64,000 bases of DNA, taken from contig OZ316898.1 of NCBI GenBank assembly GCA_973895155.1, positions 14,290,330 through 14,354,329 of the forward strand, given 5' to 3'. The notes below the pieces were generated by a model. It was not told where the DNA came from. It worked only from the letters and a program-made list of their open reading frames with translations, and ran no database searches. Position numbers and translations under genes: made by a program. This document shows, piece after piece, positions 35,601 through 47,590 of the stretch; position 1 is the stretch's first letter, and each line of letters begins with the position of its first letter. The DNA comes from Marsupella aquatica. Taxonomy: Eukaryota > Plantae > Marchantiophyta.

Positions 35601-35729
35601 ATTGCAAAGTCATATACATCACTTACAATAGAACTTTTAGGCCATTATAATAATTGCAATATACAAAACTTATACATACAATGATATATGATATATACCT
35701 TGGACAGTAGCGGGTTGTTTCCCCCTGCA
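29664..35729. repeat. 709-bp tandem duplication; the second unit is interrupted by a solo LTR
   Basis: Unit 1 is 29664-30372; unit 2 is 30373-30477 plus 35122-35724; CTGCA occurs at the junctions. Confidence 0.92.
30478..35116 (-). mobile_element. Solo LTR (4639 bp) carrying the LTR ORF (35001-31378, one TAG at 33037-33039)
   Basis: TG..CA ends; TSD ATATG at 30473-30477 and 35117-35121; no gag-pol adjacent. Confidence 0.96.
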
Positions 35730-35738
35730 GGACTGCTC

Positions 35739-38136
35739 TCAATCTTTTGTTTTTTTACCTGAAAAATAAGTATAAAGCAAACTCAGTGTCTTAATTATAA
35801 TTACGTACGTATGATATATAAGAACGCAACTAGGATGACAAAATACTCGTACCTCCGGTTCCGGTTGATCGTTAGGCCTTATATTAGTGTCTTCATCATC
35901 CTCGTCAGATTCAATGTAAAGTTGGGTGGATGTAGTGAAGCAATCAACTTGCAAGTTGATAGTTGATGTTGACGATGTTTTCTCCTGGCTGCATGTAGTG
36001 GTATCCAGTACTTCAGTATCCTCGCTTGGCTCTCCATCGCTGGACCTGACCGCATCATCTGCTTTGCTTTCCTCTCTATGCTCTACTTCCGCCCCTCCCT
36101 CTGCATCTTCTTCATGGCCAGCTAATGCCAACACTCGCTTCTTCGGTTTTGAAAGAGGGTTTTCCTCAACGTCAGGAATCTCCGGTAACCCCGCTCCATT
36201 GGAGGCCTTTCCTGAGACAGTAGAACCCTCGGGAGAGGGACCTATCTCCGGTAACCCCGCTCTCTTGGAGGTATTTCCTGAGACAGTAGAACCCTGAGGA
36301 GAGGGACCTGAATACGATTGGCATACTTTATGAGCCAGATTGGGACTCATGGAACAATATGCTCTCGGAACAAAAATGGACATGTCCTGCAATATGTACA
36401 TGCACATCAATAGTGACGGTGCATGAGTGCCAGGGAATCTTGCAATATAAATATATTGTAGAAAACCAGATTCATTCAACATCTCTACCTCTCGATACAT
36501 ATCGATTGGGCAACATGAAAAAACCTGCAGAACCCGGAGAAGCAGATTCATTCCGATGCAATGAACCTAGGGTTGGTAAATGCATATATTTATATATGTA
36601 TATGGCACCATACTTACTGGTTTTAAGTGCCCAAACTGTACCATCTGCAGACCCTTTGAAGGTGTCATTAATGGCACCTAGTAAGGCGCCAGCAATGACG
36701 GATTACCATCAGACAAGGCCTTCATGAACTTAATCTTCCACCATCTCACTTTCTTAATAACATGGACGCTCTCTGGTATTCCACGACCAACGACCTCTCC
36801 ACTGTACTGCCCCCTATACCTTACAGACTTATCGGCGTCTCTCATTTGCAGTTCTACCAAGGTCACCTTGAATGCATACGCACGAAGTTCCACAAAAATC
36901 TCTGGGTATGATTGTCCATGTCCAATGGCAATCGCTTCATCTGCATCTGGTTCTACCTTCATATCTGCAAAATCAGTCGGCTCCTTTTTTCGGGCCGTAG
37001 GGATGGCACCTGCAATGAAATTCAGTGCAAGTACTTGAGGTTAATTCCAGGGTATTTCCAGGTTATTTCCAAGTTGCGAAAGATAGAACACAGTTCATTG
37101 CCAAAATCAATGGCACTACGCTAACTAATGAATGGGAATCTGTCAGTACGTACCTTCCTTGACTTTTGCATTTGCTTTCCTCCATTCATGCTTTCTGTTC
37201 TTGATGACCTCAAACAGGAAGCTTTCTGGCCAAGGCATCTCATGTTTAGATCCAGTTTCTGGACACTCAAATTTGAGAGGTGAAAGTTCGTGCATTCTAC
37301 TCTGAACATACAATCGACAATTCTCTTTTGTCTTTGTGTCAGACTTGAAATCTGCACTGAGGTATTCGTATATCTCCTTGTCGGCGGCGAAATTTGCAAA
37401 CCAATTCCTCACCATTCTGTAATTTTCCTTGTGAGCTTGGTGCGCTTCTACATGCTTAGAAGCCAGAATGGACCGTCCTCCAGATTTGTTGGTCACATTG
37501 AAGATGTCCTCTGCCAAAGGATAGAACTGTGCACAGCAGTGTCGAAACACACATCAGCGTGTATTCAATCAAACAAAGAAACTACCATTGAGCACTGCAT
37601 TAGATGCCTTCACGTGATTATCAGAAGAGGTCCTTGCCGTGGTCGCAATGGATTTCAATAGGCTAATTTAATGTCACGGGAGACAAACAACTTACTTGAT
37701 GATGCTTGGTAGAACCAATCATAGACGTCTCTCTCTCCGGCGCATCAGGAGTGCGGGTATTTTCAGTAGGCCTGATAGACTTGTGCTCTTCTTCACCAGA
37801 GCTCTCCTTTCGATTCGTATCACGTTCAGATAGTGTCTTCATTGGCGGCAACGGTGATGGCTGCAGTGGTGATGGCTGTAGCTGTGATGGCTGTGTGACT
37901 CCGGTATTGCTGCTCCCGTTGCATTCATTCACCCATCTCCTCAACTTCTTCCTGTGCACCCATGTCTTCATCCCCACACTGTCAAAGAAAAGTTGCCAAT
38001 CATCCCCATCCATACAGAAGAAGCTTTCCCCAGTAAGATCCAACTCCTCAATTTTGGAAGTGTACATTGTCGATTCTAAACATCGATCAATGTTTTCACA
38101 CAATTCCTTACACGTAAGCCTGCTCCATTCATGCAT
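35739..38136 (-). pseudogene. Multi-exon CACTA cargo gene beginning with a SAM-like domain, function unknown (further exons likely down to ~29350)
   Basis: A chain of minus-strand ORFs (38136-37663, 37550-37143, 36962-36678, 36551-35739) with splice-like ends. The N-terminus W...ELC..I...YTSKIEELDLTGESFFCM...W resembles a SAM domain. Confidence 0.45.
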
Positions 38137-38403
38137 TGCAACTCTATTTCAATCAACGTCGATCAAGTGTAGGAAACTTTGAAGATCGACTTCACTCTGA
38201 AGATCGACTTCACTCTGAAGATTGACTTCACTCTAGGCGTACGCGTAGCAGAAATAGTGAAATACAGAGGGGGACTTAAAACAAAAAGGGAGTATTACAC
38301 CAAGCACACTCACTGCCTCTCTCGTTCATTGTTTGTTTGAATCGCCCGCCCGCGCGTGTTGAAGGTAAAGGCTGCGGGTTCATCGTCCGTTTGAATCGCC
38401 CGC

Positions 38404-41400
38404 TGTGATGCCTAGACAGGAATCACTCGGCCGGTTAAGTGGGTAAAGCAGGAAGGCACCCTAGGAACACCTTAGTATAGGGACAAAACAAGGAAAATAT
38501 AAACAATTAGGGGCAACCATGGAACCCGGGCAGAGGCCGGAGGTAAGGCTGAGGGTGAAAACCCGATTAGGGTTAGGGCGCGTTAAGCGTCGGCGGCTAG
38601 GAAGGATCAACGGGAAGAAGGACCGGCAGAGGAGAGGGGTAAGGAGCGCTTGCAGGAGATGGTGGCTCATTTGCGAGCACGAACTAGGCAGACGACTACG
38701 GGAGGCCAACTACTGTCAGCTGCTTAGGCAAGCACTCGGGGAGAGAATAGATACCGACGATCGACCTAAGGAGGGTATGAGCAACGTCAATCAAGCGGCA
38801 CATTTCTGGGGATGCCTGTTCGAACGGGCAACTGAGTACATCAAGACTTACGAGGACGAGGAGTCAGAAAGGGCAGCTCGAGAATGGCAGGAGCTCGCTC
38901 GATTGTGGGAGCTGCAGAAGACGGCTTTCTTAGGAGGCGAACTCATCAAGGACGAGTTCCTGTGGACGCCTACTTCCAATCAACTCGACGATCTTCTGTT
39001 TTGCAAAGACAGCGTCGTCGGCATCCGAGAGGCCATCAAGAACTGCAACGACATACACTGGGAATTAAAGGGTAGCACGGAAAGGTGGACCCAGGCAACA
39101 GTGCTAGGAGAAACCTCCACGGCAGCAGAGATGAAGAGGAAGGGGGCCGTCAACGATGAAGCCACCCCGGCAAAAAGAACGAGGTCGGCGGCACCAAAGA
39201 GGCCAGCCGAGCAGCAGAGCAGGAGGCAGGGAGAAGCCGAAGAGGAGGAGGTCGATCCCATCAAGGCCATTCCAACCAGGGATGACACCTGGAAGGGCTG
39301 GGCGGCAACCCTACCGGTGGAGGTGCAACTACATTTTGCACGGGAGGAGGATGCATGCTTTACGGCCATGCAGACCAAGAAGTACCAAGGCTTCATGGCC
39401 GGATCCGGCTTGGAGGCCTTTGTAAGATTACCATGGCTGAAGTCGGAGGTACCAGAGTCAGACCTATTAGAATTCGTGGGGTCATGGGAACCCGAGACCA
39501 ATTGCACGAGGATATATGGGAAGGATTTCTATCTTACTCCCAAGGTAATTGCCGAAGTGTTTGGCTTGCCGATAGGCAATAAGACCAAAGTTGATACCAG
39601 GAAGACCTTGCCTGACAAGGAGTTCCGGTCGTTCCCCGGGCCATCAACAAAGAATGGCTTCTTCCGGAACACCTGCACCAACCCGCACATAGGAGAGATG
39701 ATCGACTTCTTGCGGGTGACCATGCATTGTAACTTGTCGAGGGCAGAGATCGGCAAGGCACAGGTCTATCTGGCAGAAAGGCCAGACCCAAGCCGGGACT
39801 ACAACGGGTACCTCCTCAACCAATTGAAGAAGATCTTAAAGGAGGAGCAGCAGGTAATCGGCATGGGGAGCGTGTCGCGGCTTGGCTATCACATGCCGCT
39901 GTTGTGCCGGTATGCCAGAGGTCAGACTTTTGCCCCGGTACTTCCCCTGTAGGTAAGGGCACCCGAGGAAGCTCCAACGCTGAGGCCGTTGGCTGAGAAG
40001 CCTCAACCACCTGTTAGTCCTACGATCGAGCAGGTGTTTAGGCCCAGGAAGGAAGACTTGCCGATGCAGCAACCAGGCATGCAGAGTCTGCTGAAACTAC
40101 TGGAGAAAGAAAAGAAATCGGCATCGGCAACAACAACGGCAACGGCAACAATGCAGGACACTACTACAGAGGTAGGCCTACACCGGCTCACAAGAGAAAA
40201 CCCCTTTGCTGGAGACAAGGAGAGAATCAGGCCGGAATCCAAGCCAGGTGTTGGAATGTACGTGGGAACCTCAAGCTCCGAATCTGAGGCAGAATTGCCT
40301 GAAGCTCCTACCGACAAAGAGGAGAGGGAGAAGCCGGACGTCCAAGAGGTAGAGGAGGCAGTGGAGGACTGCAGCCATGATAATTCCGGCTATGGGTCGG
40401 ACCATCACGTTCCAGGAGTAAGGACCTGTGGCCGGTTTGTCCCCACACTTCCAAGGGTAGTGCGAGGGGACCCCAACCAGCAGAGTAGCCCTGAGTCTCC
40501 CCCACCAGATGTTGCTCCCCCGAGCTTCGACGGCATAAAACAGACGGTGCAGGAATTTCAGGAGCGAATCAAGCAGGAGGAGGAGGCCGCCCTGGCTAAG
40601 GAAAAGGATTTACCAGGAGGAGATTGGCCGGAGGACATCAGGCGGCTAGCCAAAAAAGGAAGCAAACCTCTAGCCACGATTGAAGAGATCCGCAGGACGG
40701 CTTGGGAGCAGAGGCCACGATGGGCGATGCCGATCACTTCTACTTACTCCACCTACGCTAAGAATAGAGCCATGGAGTATGGTGAGATGTGTGGGGAACT
40801 TGCGCTCGGCATCTTTGGAGAGGAGTTGGAGGTAGGACCCTTTTTCCATAGGGAGCAGTTGGAGAAGCACCAATTAGAAGAAGCGGTGGCTTTAGAGAGA
40901 AGCAAGAAGGACGAGGTCATTCGGCGGCTTAGGAGGATGGAAGCCGAGATTGAAGATCTAAGGGCGGCCAAGAAAGCCCAAGATGAACTGTGGATTAAAC
41001 GACATGAGCTGAACATCATGCAGGGGCAGTTGGACACCGCGCAGGCTGATAATCAGAATATCAAGGATAAACTGACTCAGACGCAGGAAGAGTTGGCCGA
41101 CACGATCAAAGAGAGGGAGAAGTGGAAGCAAGAGCTGAAGAATACAGAGGAGGCCCACATAACAGCCAACAGCCGGGCCATGGCGGAGACCCAAAGAAAG
41201 GAATGGGCGTTGAAAGGGGAGCTCGAGAAAATCCGCGGAGCCCTTGAGCAGAAGGAGGTCAAGTTAGGGAAATCCTATCAAGGGATTATGGCGCTGCAGC
41301 AGGAGCTTGCGTCCCTGACGGCCAGCTTCAAGGCCGACCTAAGGGAGAAGGATGAGATGCTCGAACAGACTTACGCCAAGATGAACCAGATGGAGTCTGT

Positions 41401-43006
41401 CATCATTGCAGAGCTCGACAAGGAGCTAAGAGCAACCCAGGAGGAGAGGGCTACCTTGAAGAAGGAATTGGAGGAAGCCCACGGGGAGCAGGAGGAGGCC
41501 AAAAACGAGCTGGAGGGGGCACGTAAGGACCTGGATGAAACCCAAGAGGAGTTGGAGGAAATCACGAGGAAGATGGAGAACCTACAGCGGCGGGCCGACA
41601 ACCAAACAGAGCGGCTGAAGAAACAAGCCGCAGTATTTAAATGCTTAGCTGCAGCAGGTCCATCTCCCGTTGGGACAAACCAGTTACCAGGGGTGGTAAT
41701 TGCCGAAGGACAAGCCGCGCCACCTGCACCAGTGCCGGAAGTAAGTGGGAAGGGGAAGGGACCAGCTGCCGAGCCACCAACGAAGAAGAAGCGGAAACCT
41801 TCAGGGTCAAGGAGTAATACGACTTCACAGGCCGTGGTGATCAAGGAGGTAGACCCAGCACCGACCCCAGACAGGGTCACGGCTAGGGATCCAACTACCC
41901 TAGGGGAAGGGGAGGCCGAAGCCGTGGGTATTGCCGAGGCCGGTGTCGAGGCTGAAGCCGAAGGTGGACCCAGTCAGGCCGATGGAGAGTTGACTCAGTC
42001 AAGGGCAGGTAATCTGTCAGAGAATGAACCTACGGCAGTGGCTGAGGAGGAAGCGTTGGGGGCGTCCATTAAGGATCCACCACCGGTGTCGTGACGGTGC
42101 AAGGGCGCCGTTCCTTTTAGGGAGGGCGGACGTGGAGGGAGGAGGCGTGAGTGGGCAGGGCGGGCGCGGATCTCCACGTTTAGGATTAGGATCAGAACCA
42201 GGAGCGGCCCTGACACTTAGCTTAGTGGGATTGCGGTCCCACTGGTAGGAGCAACACTTGTGCTCCTGCCTTGCTGTACATAGGTAGATTCGGGCAAGTA
42301 GATTACTGTTAAGTAGATTAGGCTTACGATGCAAAGAATGGCGGATCCACTACCAGGATAAGTACCTGGGCAGCGGGGAGCTCAGGGCCTCTTCTTTAGC
42401 AAGTTTTTAGTTTGCACCAGCCGGGCTGGGATCAAGTAGTACGAGAAGCTCTCGGTTAGTCATACAGTGACCCTTGTGTATATTCATGTTTCCTCATGCC
42501 TAAGAGCTGAATAGAGTTGGCCTCACGGCTTAGTTCGCAGAACTTGTGTATGAGATGTACTGTTTGTATGGCAAGTGCATGGTATGACTCAGTCAGAATG
42601 AGTCATTTTGCTATTTGTGTGTCGCATTAACTTGTGTGAAGAGTGCCCACATCAACAGAAGGAAGGAAAGTAAGCAGGGGAGTGAGAGTTGGATGTGTCG
42701 AGCTGAGAGAGGTCTTAGCGGCTTAACCAAGCCTATTGGGGATCATTCCGGCGGCGGAATCCAAACATACCTAACAAGAAGACAGGGGAAGACAGGGGAA
42801 GGCCTATATTAGGCCGGCTACGTATCTCATGACCCGATGAAGGATCTGTCCAGTATATGTGTGTAAAATGTTAATAGTAGTAGTAGAAGGTTAGCAGCGT
42901 CCCATGCCGCTAAGCCGCGGAAACGGCCTCGCCAAGCACGAAACCTGCGGGAATCGGCTTGAGCTGGGGGGTTTCTTGGGTTTAGGGAGCCATGGGACGC
43001 ACCACA
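38404..43006 (+). mobile_element. Solo LTR (4603 bp), inverted, carrying the LTR ORF (38519-42094, one TAG at 39950-39952)
   Basis: TGTGATGCC..CACCACA ends; TSD CCCGC at 38399-38403 and 43007-43011. Confidence 0.96.
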
Positions 43007-45414
43007 CCCGCCCGCGCGTGTTTGAGGTAAAGGCTGCAAGGCAAGTAGTGCATGTGTTGCCCGCCTCAAAGCTGGTCCTCGTCACTTTTGAACTGACCGC
43101 CCTGGTCCAAATTAATAATGTCACTCTTCAAAATGCGATATATCCGCAGTCCATTGCGTCAACCGCATCGCTGATTTTGTTTCTATCCAGCCGATTTAGG
43201 CCGGGGATTTAGGAGTTGCGGTCATGATTATACAGCTGGGAAATTTTCCCTCACTCTACTATTCTAGGCCTAACTCAAAAGTCCACGCAGTTTGGATTAC
43301 TATGACAAGTTAGGACAAGATACAAACTATTCCCATGGAGACTAGTGCAGCCTGCGCTTCGGGAAAGTAAAGCCGCCAGCTGCGATGACCTTCTGATCAA
43401 TCAGAAGCCTATGTGGCAAATACCCTACATAGGATACCAAGAAGATAAGGCTGGCCTCAGTTTCCCTCCAGTTTCAGAGGGATCGTTTCCGCGGGAACAA
43501 TTCCAAAGGTACTAAAGAGTGGAGGTCATTGACCGTAGCTCACACCTCCCACTCTAAGTGTTCGATCCTCCTCTGTGCGAGCTCAGACAACTTCAGAATA
43601 AGTTTTACACGTTCGCGCCCGATAACATCATCCAAAACGTGGAAGTCCACAGGCCACCTGCGGATCTTCGTACTACGTGGGAGAATTCTCTGTCAAATCC
43701 CATGCCACCTTGTGCGATATCCTGTAATGTGTTTTGGATTTGGTAGAAATTATTGGCAGCACTCGGAGTCAATTCTTTTGATTGCAATAGTTTTTGCTTA
43801 TGATTTGAGTTTGAAATGTGCTCGCAGGTCAAATACAGGGTTCTCGTATACTTCAAAGTGAAAGCAGATCTTACCTTACCCTTTACCACCCACTTCTTCC
43901 TTAGCCCGGGCTTACTAGTAAATATCCTACAGTACCATTTACGCATCCTTGAAACTCGTCATCGATTTCACCGATCCCAAGGCTGGCCAGCCACCCCCTG
44001 TACACCGATCCTTAGAAACCAACTAAACCATATATCTTCTTCGTGTCCGGTGCGCTCTGATCGATGGAACAGGTATGAATCTGGATGTTCAATGATACAG
44101 ACTCTGCGATCTATTTTCATGCAACATGCATCATTAATTATATATGGTATGTGGAATGTTTTGCAGGCTACGCAGGTCATATGAAACAGGTAGAGCATTA
44201 ATATCAGAGGAAGTGAAGAAGCGGATGTGACGTAGTTTGTTCTGCCGGTGCGAGGTATGTGAGGGGTATGTTTGGGGTATTTGTGGTTATGCTCGTTCCA
44301 ACACTAATGTTACAAGGTTAGTATGAGAATGAACTCGGATATTTAGAACAGACCACACTTTTTGAGTCTTTGAGATTACAGTTGAAGCAATATACATCAT
44401 GAGCGCCATGCTGACAAAGGTGTTGTGGCATCGTCCAAGGCCGATGCCTGTTTTGTGGCAACCGCCCGGGTTGCCTTGTCAGGTAACCAGGTTGCCAGTA
44501 TGCTGTCCACCCCCCCTTGCCAACCGGTATGCAGTGGTAAGTTGTCGCAAAAGATAATTTTACGACCTATTTTACGCATATGGAAGTTGTCGTCTATTTT
44601 TTCATGATTACTTACTTCTTCATTGAGTTGCAGGCGTTGCCCCGGCCTTCAAAGCGCAAACTCCATTATTCATGTACATACATTACCCATCAATTCTCCA
44701 TAAATATAATGAACACCTACTGGAACAAGAACACATCTGCCATAAATGTATTGTTTGGGGTCACGTTGTTTTTACGGTTGTCTGTATGCTTGTGTTTTTT
44801 TTCCCTTCCTAGTCGTTGGGATCGATGGAGCCGCGGATCCGCCCAATGAGTTTCAGGTGTTTCTCTATTTTTTTGGTCTGTTGATGTCCGGAGATTGGGG
44901 AGGGGCCCTTACCCAATTCTCCGTGAACTATGATGACCCACTACATGATGTCGATGCGATCCGCAAAAGTGCTATAGTGGCTGAGTTCTACTTGTTGTCC
45001 TGTATCAGAGTTTGAAGTTGGAAGTTTTCCTTGAGAAATTGCGCACAAATTGCAAAATGAAAAATTGCCGAGACCCATTCATCGATTAAACACTAGCCGA
45101 GACCCATTCATCGATTAAACACCAGCCGATTAACACCCAATTACTTTCTGGTACGTTTTAACAAATGCATCGTGGACATCACAACCTTCATTTAACAGAT
45201 GCAGGTCCGAGCCCCCCTTTATTGCACATTGAAAATAAGTCGACCATTCACATACATACATTCTGGTCCCACTTGCCCCACAAACCAAGCATACACGTTA
45301 TGCCATATCAAACCAAAATGGCAGGTCATTGCATGGCCTGTAGGAACCTTACAAACTAAAAGACTCCTGCCCAAAATGCCAAACCGTCGTACGTTGTGCT
45401 TGCATCTGGTCACA

Positions 45415-46176
45415 TCAGATATGAGTTGCATCCAAACTATCAAGCAGGTCCTGCAATCTACATCTAACAGAACTAAGCTGCGACGCCGTGGCCGGGTCTG
45501 AAGCATTAATAGATGATCTTGAAGATTCTGCTGTATGCCTCCCTCGTGCAGTATGATAACTTGAAGGTACACTGTCTGTCTTCAACTTCGTCTTCCGTGG
45601 AGTGACAGAAGTAGGCACCACAGAATGCAAGATCTCACAGTCATCATCGCTTACAGGTGACAAGGAATTAATAATGGCCTCACCGTCTTTGCAGCGGATC
45701 ACTACGTCCACACATTCCATCTTTGTTGTAGCTCTATGGACAGTAGCAAACTGGACAAAGTCTTACTTCTCGCTAAAATCCTGCGGAGGCATCCCTATGA
45801 GATCAGTCGCTGCATCAAAAATCTTAGCTCGCACTGGAGGGAAGTGTGGCCCGATAGTAGAGTCAACCAGGAACACCTCAAAACGATACCTTTCTGTCCA
45901 GGTCCCAGCAGCAACCGAATTATGGGGACATCGACTTGACCCTTCAACAGTGCGATTACACATCCACCCAGGTGTCACGAAGCGAGTACATCCATGGTAT
46001 AGAAACTTCCACGGAAAATCGATTGGAGCATCAAAATTGACCACAAAAACCCTCATTGATGGGAAGGTCCTCGTTTCTCCAGCATTGCAGCAGCCAACGA
46101 CATCTTTAAGTGTGGCCATGTCTCTGAAAAGAGCCGCCCAGCAGAAATCCAAACAATAGTGGCGAAGGGCAGGCAC
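45415..46176 (-). pseudogene. RPA70 C-terminal-like OB-fold ORF (in-frame stop at 45763-45765)
   Basis: FLYHGC..C..RCPH...RYRFEVFLVDST..AKIFDAATDLIGMPPQDF resembles the RPA1 DBD-C pattern (Y.AC, zinc ribbon, RY.L...D.T, F...A..LLG). Confidence 0.6.
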
Positions 46177-47107
46177 TCAGCCGGGTGCAAGCACTACTCA
46201 GGAAGGGACGAATACCGATCTGCAATGGTTGCGAATCAAATGACAAGCCGGACTGCAGAACACTCGACAAATTGTGCAGAGGGATCACTAGATAAGTAAA
46301 TTATCGTGGGGCGCAAAGTGAATGCAAGTAGAGGATCCAGAAGGGAGACCCGGAGTTTAGGGCCGAGTTTTGGGAGACGTTGATTTTACGGGGACGTTGA
46401 CTCTACAGAAGCGGAGCTTTGGGAGACGTTCATTTTAGAGAGACGCGGAGTTTTTCTCTTGGGAGACATGGCGGACACTTTGTGTACTTGGGCACGTTTT
46501 AATGGAGTAAATATGCGGCAAAATAAATCAAATAAAAAAAGACTTTGTCTCCTTCCGTTCTAAATTTCTCACCCTTCCCCTAACATAAATCTGAGTTTTC
46601 ATTTTCTGAAGGCATTGGCTGAACTTGTGGGAGCTTTCCTTACATACATTGAATCTTATAGAGGTTGCTATATGGCTGAACTTGTGATGAGGGGCCTAAA
46701 ACAGGGCCCATAATAATGTCTACAATACTTTGTCATTGCCATGTGCCACATGTTTCAAATGTTGGATCTAGGCCCTTATATTGCCAGTTATATGGACCAT
46801 TGGCACACTTTATGTCACATCATGATGACTTACAAGGGGAGAGTTTTTAACACATTTTCCTGCTTTTAAGGTGAAGTTATAAGGGTTTTTGAAGAGGAGG
46901 GACACAAAAGCATTGGGTGAGGCAGGGGTCATTTTGCTTTTTAAAACTCTATTTTCTTTTCTTTAGGGGGGGGGGGGGGGGGGTCATCACGCACTTAGTA
47001 TATATTATTACATAAATATGAGAAACATAAAAATAAGATTGGAAATGATTATCATTTCCTTGCCAAGTCCTGTGAAACGCGACCAAACATACAGCTAGGC
47101 AGGCGTA

Positions 47108-47590
47108 TTAATTAATTTAAGGATGAAACATGGAGGTAGCTCAGGGTGGGTGGGGGTGGGGGTCACTTCCACCCATTAAATGTTCACATCATGTGCAAAT
47201 GATCAAAGTAAGGGGCCTTTTATGCATTACCCTAACCCTAAACCCTAAGACTTGCGCACGTACATATATGCATGCATGCATATGTGGAAGGTTAATTAAT
47301 TTAAGGATGAAGTATGGAGGTAGCTCAGGGTGGGTGGGGGTGCGGGTCACTTCCACAAATTAAATGTTCACATCAAGTGCAAATGATCGAAGTAAGGGGC
47401 CTTTTATTCATTACCCTAACCCTAAACCCTAAACCCTAAGACTTGCGCACATATATGCATGCATGCATATGTGGAAGGTTAATTAATTTAAGGATTATGG
47501 AGGTAGCTCAGGGTGGGTGGGGGTGCCGGTCACTTCCACAAATTAAATGTTCACATCATGTGCACCAAAGTATGGGGCGTTTCAGTCATT
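47108..47590. repeat. ~185-bp tandem repeat (2.5 units) containing plant telomere motifs
   Basis: ATTAATTTAAGG anchors at 47111, 47295 and 47482; each full unit contains CCCTAACCCTAAACCCTAA. Confidence 0.9.

Noticed and set aside
30478-43006. Giant inverted repeats of a composite or Polinton-like element
   Set aside because: They are two independent solo LTRs with different TSDs.
46966-46983. Poly-G run as an element boundary or PPT
   Set aside because: No adjacent TG..CA repeat or TSD could be found.
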